Shown: positions 35,168 through 46,400 of the stretch, one piece after another
Position numbering within the stretch: position 1 is the first letter of the stretch
Layout: each line of letters begins with the position of its first letter
Origin: Haliotis rubra
Lineage: Eukaryota
Direction of reading: 5' to 3'
Assembly (NCBI RefSeq): GCF_003918875.1
Contig: NW_025765403.1
Span: 1,674,001 to 1,738,000, forward strand
DNA: 64,000 nt
Position numbers and translations under genes: made by a program
The notes under the pieces: generated by a model
What the model was told of the DNA's origin: nothing
The model's database searches: none
The model's input: only the letters and a program-made list of their open reading frames with translations

Positions 35168-35310
35168 AGATCCGTGATGATCTGGATTAGAACTGGTCTT
35201 CATCAACCAATGCTTTTCGTAAGAGGCGACTAACGGGATTGGGTGGCCATGCTCAAATGCTTGTCATCGCATCCCAATTGATCGATGTTCATGCTGTTGA
35301 TCACTGGATA
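35168..35310 (+). mobile_element. SINE family C, degenerate
   Basis: GATCCGTGATGATCTGGATTAGAA...CGTAAGAGGCGACTAACGGG. Confidence 0.75.
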
Positions 35311-36151
35311 CGGCTGTAGTGCGGCAAAACTAACTAATGTGAACACAGGACTTCAGCATCAGCATCCGATTCCTATCAACTGAATGCAAGAACCAGTCTG
35401 TGTATCTGCTTATATGTCCACTATATTATCACGAATCAACTGATCATCATCAGCCGGATGCAGATGGTCGAAAGCAGAACAGTATAAGAGTGGGTTATAG
35501 AAACGATTCCGTGTAACAAGTAATAGATGTGGAATTTGTATTTACCAGCCTATGTTGGGCGGAAACATTAGTGTAAAAGATTCTTTGCAAAGTCTAGAAA
35601 CTAGTGTATTTTACGAAACCAATTTTAACAAATTATAAACTCCCACTATCCTCTCCGACACGAATGTGTGATAGGCAAGGATGTTTTGCAGTCCCCTCTC
35701 CGTGCTCCATAACCACACATCAAGGCAAGTTTGTGTTCAGTAGCGTATGATACACTGAATCTGATGATGCGGTATAGATGTTGTGTGCCAAGAATAAATT
35801 ATCATGGAAAACATATTCTCGTCAAATTATGATTTTTATGAACGTCAAATGGCAATCATTTTCGTCTACTGCTGAGATGAGATGCGATACGTTTTCATGT
35901 GCGTCAATACTAACCAGATTGTACAATTATAAAGCAGAAAGGCATTCCCGTGGATCTTTGAGGCTCATGACAGACAGGGCTTGCGAGGATGGGAGGGTAT
36001 GTCGTAGATTCCATCTTGCTGTCAGCTGTTCTGGATCGGTCCACCTGAGAGGATACATGAGTCTCAAAACATTCGAAGCAAATCTTGATCTACCACATTT
36101 TCAAATAGTAGTATTATTGTCATTTTAATGTGTGGCTAAAGCCAAGCATAG

Positions 36152-36457
36152 TCGCCAATGGCTGAAGGGATGGATTCAAACTAGGGTCCATGCGGGTAGT
36201 TAAAGTAGTGTAAGTCCCCATGGACACTAGTATGGTGATCTACCTTCAGATGTTGGTGAGATTATGTATTGTCCAAATAGCGCCATTAGTTTTAACTTTA
36301 CATGCTAGTTTTAATTCTAACTGTGATAGTCTAGTTGTTTTACTCTCTTTGACGTCAGCTTTTATAACATACACATATTCTTTATCAACGTCAAATTTGT
36401 TCTCGTCGCGATATGGCTGTCACACTGCCGATGTGACGTTAAATATTAACTCACTCA
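36152..36457 (+). mobile_element. I-group LINE 3' UTR fragment
   Basis: Similar to 25390-25715. Confidence 0.78.
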
Positions 36458-36769
36458 CTGTTCGGGATCGTGAAGGTTAACACTGAAACAAAGCATTGCA
36501 GTCGAAGATATTTAGTTATTGACAACCACACTAATGGCAGTCCAGAGTACAATTAAGATTTTCAGTTAAACAGAAATGGATCATCAGTTGTTATTGAAAC
36601 ATTGTATTAACCGCTACTCTTCGTCTCAGATGATGGATGAATGCATTGGTTTCTCGGTCACAAATACGACCGATTTCGATATTAATTTTAAAAGATGTTA
36701 TCAGTAATTTCTGAAAACACGTTATAGTCATAGTTGGATATTTTGTTAAGGACACAATCGTTACTAATA

Positions 36770-36996
36770 GTGAGTAAGTGAGTTTAGTTTTACGCCGCAC
36801 TCAGCAATATTTTAGCTATATGGCGGCGGTCTGTAAATAATCGAGTCTGGACCAGACAATCCAGTGATCAACAGCATGAGCATCGTACTGCGCAACTGGG
36901 ATACGATGACATGTGTCAACCAAGTCAGCGAGCTTGACCACCCGATCCCGTTAGTCGCCTCTTACGACAAACATAGTCGCCTTTTGTGGCAAGCAT
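36770..36996 (-). mobile_element. SINE family C, 5'-truncated
   Basis: Matches the consensus; flanked by a TCGTTACTA duplication. Confidence 0.85.
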
Positions 36997-37569
36997 TCGT
37001 TACTATTAAATTTCAACTAACAACTGTTAATTTCTTATCTAAGAGAGAGACAACAGTTTGACCAGGCTATTGTTGGTACGACGTCAGATAACCTTTAATA
37101 CAGTGGATGACTCGGCACATAATGGTTTGGGTGTCGTGAACAGCCTACGTTTCATGTAACAAGTACCTGTTAAAATCATACAAATCATACACATAATATC
37201 TACCTACTCACCAACTACATTGCGGCAAAACTATTCCATGAAATGGCTCGAATTTTCGTTGAGGTAGCACTACTTTTGAGAAAAGTTCTCTTTCAAAAGG
37301 GAATGAAGTATGCAAATAAACTGGTGCTCAAAAGAAACAATACACCGCAAAATATTACATAGAAATCACTAAAGTAAAAATGAAGTGATAAAGCCATGGC
37401 CGCACACGTACAAACCCATCCTTTCCGGGAACAAACGGCGAAACAAGTTAACGAATCGCCTAAATGTCACAAAAATCTAAAAGGACGTTTTCTGATGTAA
37501 CACGAAATGCACGTGGATACAGCCTACGCGACACGTGAGCAACACAGTAGTGAAGAGAACACCAAAAAT

Positions 37570-37835
37570 ATGCCACGTTTGAGGCAAATGGAACGAAAGA
37601 GAGCTGTCGGAATGACCCAACAAGGAGCTAGCCACGCCGTCATTGCCAGAACCTTCGGCTGCACCCGAGCAACGTCATCAGACTGATGCAACGACAGACA
37701 AACAGGCACTACGTCAGTCAGGCCTGGGGCTGGTGTGACAACTACGTGTGACAACGCCCCGTGATGATCGCCACATCCGGGCGATTCATCTGAGAAATCG
37801 TTTTGTAACGGAGACGTTAACGGCACCGACGGCAC
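37570..37835 (+). mobile_element. Tc1-like transposase N-terminal (HTH) remnant
   Basis: The ATG at 37570 reads MPRLRQMERKRAVGMTQQGASHAVIARTFGCTRAT, followed by frameshifted ...DDRHIRAIHLRNRF. Confidence 0.7.
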
Positions 37836-39380
37836 TAAAGTACTCTCGGAAATAGAAAAAACCCTGTTTTTTCACATTTATATCCATAATTTATGTAGTT
37901 AATATGTGAAAGTGTGAAATATATGCTAAACTAAGTTCGGCCTAACTACAGTCTGGGTGGTATGGAGATAGGAAACGCAAAAAAGGACTTTACTGAGGAG
38001 AGATTAGTGCAGAAATGAGCAATGTGTTTTTTCCCAAGTCCAATTCGACTTATTTGGAACAGACCTTGGCTTTATGCAAATTAGTGTGCGATGATATTGT
38101 ATTACAAAGGACACTTTTTAAATGCCCATTTTGAAATTAGACTTAGCTTCATTAGAAACGATAGCTGCTGTACAAAATAATATTTTTAATTGTGAAACTC
38201 TTAAGGATGTATAGTTACCATGGAATGCTATCTTGGAACGGCAAACTGCACGACGGTATGTGGCATTGCTTATGTTCTGTCTCAGACCCTTCCGGAATGG
38301 AATTACGTTTAATTAAAATGGTAATACATATCATGAAAGTTCAAGATAATTATACTCATAGTCTCGACTTGTTAAAACACGCTGATTTTCAAGTAAAACT
38401 TCAAAGGCATTTCTCTTACCTCACACACAAATGTCGTTTTCTGATTGGCTGAACGCTCTTCTAATATATTTAACAAGCGAATAACATTTTCTATGTTACC
38501 CCTGGGAATGCCGAGCTGTGGGAATCCATTTGGTACTTCGTGTTGGTAATTCTTTACCGATGCTTTGCGAATGCAAATAGATGGAAGGGAGATAACTCTA
38601 AATTTGCTTTTCTTGTCGTCTGCTGGATTCTGTATCATCTGAAAATCTAGTACTTGCTAATCGCCAAACAGTTCAATTGCCTTACAGTGCATCAAACAGT
38701 TCAAAATTAACATTGAGATGTTCGGTACGATAAATACGTTGTTCACTGGTCCCTCGGCTCAGGGAACATAAACAAACATAGAGGGTACATGAACCCATGT
38801 CCCCATCTTGACCAGTGAACAACGTATAATGCATAGTGTCATCGCAGTATGTTACACTGACTCGTATAAATAATTTCATAAAAGGAGCGCTTCGTGTCTT
38901 CATTAAATGGGTGATATGGTGAAGAGATATTGAGAAAAAAATCGTCGAACGAATTATTCGTCCAACGAAGTTTGTAAAATAACCAGATTTTAGCTAGTTT
39001 GTAGTTGTACCTAACTGAAGTAACTCCCAAACGGTAATAGAGAATACGAATAGCTATCACTCCATCCAGAACTTCCACTTGCCTGAATATTAGCTGCAGA
39101 CGAAAGAGTGAGACTGTTTTATGTAAACCATGTTGTCGCCAAGAATGAGAGTGTAACTTATTTGTGTGCGTTCGGAAAAAAGATGTCATCAGTCTTCTTT
39201 CTTTGACAAACTGTTATTTTGATATTAAAGATATACAGTATTTAAATGAGATATCGGCATCAATTGGCATGTACATCTCTGCGTAAGGCCAACAAGACCT
39301 GCATGTAACTTTGGAACGTGAACATACAACAACATGTAAATGCACATAATGTATACCCACACGACCATTGTAGTTGTAAC

Positions 39381-39553
39381 TGAGTGAGTAAGTGAGCGAG
39401 TACGCGTTGCGCCTCTTTTAGCAATATTCCACCAATATCGCGGCGGGGGACGACGGGAATGGGTACCACACGTTGTACCCATGTGGGGAATCGAACCCGG
39501 GTCTTCGGCGTGACGACCGGACGCTTTAATTACTAGGCTAACCCACCGCCCCA
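39381..39553 (-). mobile_element. SINE family A
   Basis: Matches the consensus. Confidence 0.85.
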
Positions 39554-39739
39554 ATTGACATACCAGATTAACACAAATATAACAAATAATGTATAACACA
39601 TTTACCCATATCATATACCGAGATCGCATTTGACATGGACACAGTGTTCAAAGAAAGTTACATTTACGAAAAGAGTACATATACTATTCCAACACAAGTG
39701 AGATCCCAACCCTTCTGTTTAATGATCGGCCTTCAGATG

Positions 39740-39966
39740 GGTCCTAAGAATCGGTCTTCAGAACCAATCCTTGTTGCAAAGAGGCGACTAACGGGATCAG
39801 GTGGCCAGCCACGCTGACTTGGTTGATGCATGTCATCGTATCCTAGTTGCTTAGATTAATGCTCATGATATCGGTCACTGGATTATCTATACTAGACCAG
39901 TCTCTATTTACGCCGTGATAAGGCTGGAATGTTGCTGAATGTGGCGTTAAACAACAAACAAACAAA
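39740..39966 (+). mobile_element. SINE family C, degenerate, with (AAAC)n tail
   Basis: AGAGGCGACTAACGGGATC and the family C body. Confidence 0.7.
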
Positions 39967-40010
39967 CCCAATGTCGCACACAAGAAATTCACCCGCTACT
40001 ATCATCTGGA

Positions 40011-40356
40011 GGTGAGGTGAGGTGAAATTGGGTTAAACATAGTGCTTGAGAATATTTCGCTCATATGACGACGTGCATGCGTATGTGCGGCTGCTTGTAC
40101 TAGCCCAGACTTAAGCTGGTTTTATAGTGCTAGCCCACTGAGATACCATGCCGCAGTGAAGCATGAATACCCCACTCAGACACATTATACTGACTCTGAG
40201 CCGACCAGTCCTTGTTGTAGCCATTAATGCCGAGCGCCAGGCAGGGACCAACAAGTACCATATTTTAACGTCTTTTGGTTTGACGCGGTCGGGGATCGAA
40301 CCCGCGACCTTCCGCTCTCCGGGCGGACGCTTTAACCACTACACCACAGAGGCGGT
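40011..40356 (-). mobile_element. SINE family B, full length
   Basis: TSD CTACTATCATCTGGA at 39996-40010 and 40357-40371; single (CACCT)n tail. Confidence 0.92.
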
Positions 40357-41125
40357 CTACTATCATCTGGATACCAAGTCAATACAGGAGACGCTGGTTT
40401 ATGATCATATCAAAGCTGTAAGTGGATCACATATCACAACCTATCAGTGCAGCTGTTCAAACAAACTAATCCTCATACCGAGGGCAACAGGTCAAGGATC
40501 AACGTACTACGTCTCGCTGACCTTACGGTCGTACCTTATCACCAGGTCAGGTTTCAGCTACTCGCTTCATGTTCTTCCCGATACCTCTATCCACAATCTG
40601 GGCTAATACGCAACCGTTTGGGCAACAATACTTTGTGTAGTAGAACGGAATCAAATCGACTTTTGTTGTGATAATAACGTTATAACAGTTGGCACAGTCT
40701 TGTTACCTTGTAGGATTGTTTCAACGCGTTCATATGGCATAAGCATAAATGCGACGTGCGTCGTAGACACATGTTCCAGTGACTGATGTTGGTTATTGTC
40801 GACGTAATGCAATTCCTTATAAGAATAGAATTCCACGTTTTGACATACGGTTGTATGTAGCTCGGCATAATCGACGTATCAGTTCTTGTATCGTTTGGCA
40901 GTACAGAATTCCTTTTTTATTACTAAACTCGACAGCTGAACATTGCTCGTGTATTCTTTCAGTTTTCAAAATCGTACAATTTATAACGAAAAGTGGATGT
41001 CGACATCTTCAATACAATTCAGTTGTACAATACGCTTGTCGTTGGCGTCACGTTGGTATGTGGTGTTACGCTGTCAATGCAACGAAACGTTTAGTATTAA
41101 TTATCATTATCCTCGTTGTATTGCA

Positions 41126-41160
<35 letters not shown>

Positions 41161-41191
41161 ACGGGTTCGAATATATATATATATATATATC
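41126..41191. repeat. (CA)n and (TA)n microsatellites
   Basis: Seen directly. Confidence 0.9.
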
Positions 41192-42125
41192 TCGATATAA
41201 CAGTTATTCATATATATTGATACAAAATAGCTTATATTTTGTTTGACGAGTTTGTCCCTGATGAAATAGTTCATACATACAATAATAGTCCAACTACAAG
41301 CACCTTGGACACGTTACACCCTTCTTCAAATTCAACTCCACGAATGTTGGCCTCGGTTTTCAATCCCTTTGAAGTCCATGTAAAGGATACTGCAATACGC
41401 ACTTAGTCTACCTCGTGTCAAACTGATCAGCGCTCGTTGCAGCCCAGCTCTGCTGTAAGTGGTGTTCGATTTCCAAGTTCGCCCGATTATGATATTTAGC
41501 GAACCCGTAAGTTACGCAACACTTAAGCTGACAGGTCGCGATTTAACTTTCGAACTGATTAAACCCAGCTTACTCAGTAACACGGGATGTGATTAACACT
41601 GACTATCATGAATCCCACTGCACTTTGAATTGATAGTCAGGATAACGAATATCATTAAATCTGTGTGACCCATTTCTTTAAATGTCTTCTAAGTCATCAA
41701 ACACACTTCACATATGATAATGCTTTCTGGTTCAAGCAAAACTGCTATCTCAGCATAAGGAAACTTCGATAGCACAAAGGTCGGTACATGGAGACATACC
41801 GTGGTTTGAAAGCTACTACAAAGCGAGAGATCACACACAACAGGGTATGCGTGATATATCACTGACAGACAATATATGTGGTGTTAGCTGTCCCAAGAGC
41901 CATTGTGTAGTGAGGATATGTTGCCAACCATACGTGAATGTTAAGTACCAGATAATGCAGATTTCACATTGACAACAATGGCTGCGTTGACCCAAGCCTA
42001 CCAAGTCCTCATACCCTCTCCTATTTATACCTTCTCCTGTGCATTAGGATCAACTATTGAATATTCCCGGTTTTTAGGGGAGACGTACCAAAATCAGATC
42101 ATCCTTCTGAATGTTGAACACAAAA

Positions 42126-42624
42126 GGGGGCGGTTGGGCAGCCTAGTGGTTAAAGCGTTCGCTCGTCATGACGAGTAAGTGAGTGGGTACGGTTTTACCC
42201 GCTTTTAGCAATACATTTTCTGTTTGCAAATATTAATGTAATGAATATAAATGTTGTTGTTTTTTTAAATAAAACTCTTTTGGACTTTTTTACATATGAT
42301 ATAGACTTGATCTCGTCACTATAAGGCAGGAATATTGCCGATGTGACGTAAAGCCCAACTCAAGTTTTAGTAATATTCTAGCAATATCACGGCATGGGAG
42401 ACCAGAAATGGGCTTCCAACATGGGTACAATCGAACCCGGGTCTTCGTCGTGACGAGCGAGCGCTTTAATCACTGGGCTACCCCACCGCCCCTCGTCATG
42501 GCGAAAGTTCAGGTTCGATTCTCCACATGGGTGCCATTTGTGAGGCTCATTTCTAGTCTCCCCCGCCGTGATATTGTTGGAATATTGCTAAAAGCGGCGT
42601 AAACACACACTCACTCACTCACTC
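42126..42624 (+). mobile_element. Nested retroelements: SINE A(+) containing SINE A(-) containing a LINE-type 3' fragment
   Basis: TSD CTCGTCATG at 42162-42170 and 42492-42500. TSD TTTTAG(C/T)AATA at 42203-42213 and 42365-42375. Confidence 0.85.
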
Positions 42625-43240
42625 AAAACAAAAAAATCATATACCACCAGAAATAATACTTCAAACATAACTGACTGACTTTTAGTTTTACGCCGCTTTT
42701 AAATATTCCAGCAATATCACGGCGGGGGACACCAAAATGGGCTTAACATAAATCAAATGAATCAAATCAAATTTATCTGTCCTTGCAGGAGTAACTGAAA
42801 AATATCTATTTTAATGACTTGCCTCATGATTCATTATCATCCGCTGCTTGACCTCTGCCACGACGTGCATCGTGTACCCTCGACATGTAACTGCCTTTGT
42901 GTCCATTTTATCGCATTCACCTTTTCTGGCAACAAAGCAGTGGCCCCGACCACGTGTATCCCTCCCATTGAATAAATCATGTAGTATTTCAACTGACCCA
43001 GTTATAATCACAAAGGAAATTAAATACGTCGAATACACGAGGGATTTGTTCCTAGAAAACGTTCGGGTTTTTTTTCAAACTGTTTATTCGAAACAAAATC
43101 AATTATAACATTAATATCTAATGTTAACTGTCAGCAAAATGAAGTTTGACTGCGGTAATAGTTTAACGTCTCATCTAAGACAATAAAGGTAAGCTCATCT
43201 CTTTGTAATCAGAATTCATGTATATGATCCTATTGCTATG

Positions 43241-43398
43241 TACGTGACTAACACGACCCACAAGCACGCGGTAGCCGTTAGGTAAACGAAAGCGATAAGG
43301 ATTTAGTGGGCGCACACAAGGTCACCTTACGTGCAGTATGGGACCTTTACCTTGGGGCCTCTATAAGAGTCGTTGTGAAGTGACGGTGTTAATCAGCT
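43241..43398 (+). promoter_or_regulatory. Putative core promoter of paralogue 4 (TATA-like box, Inr-like element, HRE-like TACGTG x2, AAGGTCA)
   Basis: TACGTG at 43241 and 43328, AAGGTCA at 43318-43324 and TATAAGA at 43362-43368. TCAGCT lies ~31 nt downstream of the TATA-like box, and the ATG is at 43420. Confidence 0.5.
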
Positions 43399-43419
43399 GA
43401 CACTAGTCTGCGCTTCGCC

Positions 43420-46400
43420 ATGACTGCTCAGGAGAACGGCAATGCTGGAATGGGAGGCGATACTCGTGAAGCCAAGGAGCATAACAGTGGTGACAATATC
43501 CCAGTAAATGTTGATAAGTGCTCGTATATTCGTGTACCTGATGATTACGTAAAGGCTCATGGACACGAGAGTGACAGCGTGGATCTTAAGGATGCGGACG
43601 GATTGAAGCTGTGCTCGGAACCTGATGCTGAGGATAATGATGGGGATGAGGAGGATGAGGATGAAGGTCTTCCTGTCGACAGAGGCTGGGCGTGGATTAT
43701 TCTGGCAGGTATGGAGTTTGTTGCGTCATAAATATATTGAACTGGTAATTTGAAGGAAGGAAGTTATATGAACAAAAACATGCTGTAAATCTCGCCTATG
43801 GTATCTAGGGGTGGTGGGGTAGCCTAGTGGTTAAAGCGTCCGCTCGTCACGCCGAAGGCCCGGGTTCGATCCCCCACATGGGTACAATGTTTGAAGCCCA
43901 TTCCGGTTTTCCCTGCCGTGATTGCTCTAATACTGCTAAACGCGGTGTAAAACCCAACTCACTCACTATGATATCTCCAAAAATATATATAGTCAGCTGA
44001 TGTCGAATATGGTTCAATGCGCCTGAAACAACCCTGCAGTTAAATCCCAATGTGCGTAGGTGCGTGGGTGCGCTTGTGGGTTTGGGTTGCTATAGTCTAG
44101 ACTAGTACTGGTTTTGTGGTGCTAGTCTACAGAGATACAATATCAAAATGTAATATGAATATCCCATGTTTCACATATACACATCGATGCTCATGGTGTT
44201 GATCACTGGATTGTCTGGTCCAGACTCGATTATTTATAGACGCCGCCTTGGTGCGGCGTTAAACAACAAACAAACAACAACAAAACACAAAGTTCGACGG
44301 ATAAACAGCATGCGCCAGGCAGGGTGACAACAAGGTGCGAGAGTTTATCGTGTTTTTGGTGTAACTCTCCTCTCCCGGCAGAAGTTCTGTCCACTAGAGG
44401 CGGCCATAGTTCTTAACGGAGGTAGTTACCAATTACAGAGTGGATGTGTTTGGTTCCTATCCACTTGCAACATCGGTTATGCACGTATTCATTTGGGTAA
44501 AAGTAAGAATTATAGCAGACACGCTGAACAGCTTAAATCGATGTGTCAGTTCCCACACAATTTTACCAAGTTTGTGAAGATAACGATTACGACCTCAAAC
44601 CAACAGTCAGATGATCATGGCTTGACAAAGTCTGCACTTCGTCCTACTGGGTCACCTTTGCTCACGTTCACATGAACAAACATTCGTTTTGTCCACCTCC
44701 GTTTTGTCTTGAAGTGGGGTGAATCCGTACTGTTCTAAATGTGGGTAGCATGTTGTGAAAACATAACACGTTTTTTAATGGATAACAACTTCTTCTCTAT
44801 TCTGTATACAATAAAGAAGTTGTTATCCATGAAAGACGTGCCAACTAAATGACTTTCAAGAACTACTTTGTGAAAGTTTCGTTCTCAGATTTTACTAAGG
44901 CACAGGTGGCTCACATGACAAGTGTGTAAACAGGTATTGAACCTGGTTTGAATCCCAGTCGGCCATGACGTTTCTATGTTATAGTCTGTTTGCAGTGAAA
45001 ACGTACCTATGAATTTCACTTTACACAAGAAAGTAAATCAAATAAAGTAAAATTAAGATTGCGTATCCTCATAATTTTACCTTGCCAATTGAACATTTGA
45101 ATCTCAGGATTTTATTCATCATAGAATAAAAGTTGTTTAACAAACGATCATAGTTTCAAATAGCTATTATTGGTTTGTATTACAAGGGGGTAAGCGCAGT
45201 AGTTGGAACACTGAAACAAATGCACGTGCGGTACGTGATGAGCGTTAACTTAGACCAACCCTACTTGTTCTCGGTGTTTCATTTAATGTGCATACACCCT
45301 TGTAATACAAACAAATGATAACGATTTGAAACTATGATCGTTTGATAAACAACTTTTATCCTAAGTTTGATAAAATTCTGATATTTAAATGTTCAGTTGG
45401 CAAAGTAAAGTTATGAGGATTCGCAATCTTAATGTCACTTTATTCGATTTACTTTCTTGTTTAAAGTGAAATTAATCGGTACGTTTTCACTGCAAACAGA
45501 CTATAGTCAACATTTACCCTTGCTCGTAGACTTCACCAAATTGGTTCACCTCTTAAACCTCCATTAGGGGTCATCGGTGGCCAGTCGTCGCATTTTGCCA
45601 TACAGAGTTGCGTCCCCTGGGCACACCAGAAACCTATGTTTGTGAGTTCAAATCCCGCTTCGTCCAGAGTATGTTTCTAAGGTTTGTGTGCACCATACCC
45701 ATGCTTCATAAATATTATAAGTTTCTCAGACTGTCATAATTCTGGGCTTTTCTCCATAATCTAAAATTCAAACACGCTCTATGTAATTGCACTGAACTGC
45801 GGCAAAAATTGACTTGAACCAAAACCACTCACTCACTCATATTTCAGGTGTAACGTTCTTATAGTACATTACACAGAAATGATACCAGTGATTTGTCTCG
45901 TCTATCTAAATACATTACAGTGATGATAATTATGACAATTGTTTGGTATATCCCACAAGTCTTGATCACAGTTTTTTTTGTTTTTTTTTTATTTCAAGGT
46001 AGTTTCATCAATATTGGCTTGATGATCGGCTATAGCCGTGGACTTGCCATGCTGTTTGTTGAGTATCTGAAAGTATTCGGCGCATCGACGGCTAAAACAA
46101 CACTTCTAATGGGAGTCAATGCTGCGTTTTACAGCTTCGGTGGTAGGTATATTGCCATTGATTTATCCTTTTGAAGCTCTGGGTTTGGAAATATATCTTC
46201 CGCGCAAGTGATATACCGTTACTTGTACTAAAGTCTTGTATTGTGAGCACGAATCAAACACTACATCCACTGTGGTAGTGGTCATAATATCAACCACCGG
46301 TTCACATGGCCATCGTCATATTCCGTCTATCTACGAAAAAACGGAATAGTTGTTAACCATTTATATCAATACAACGCAATAAATGTGTTCCGTTATATTT

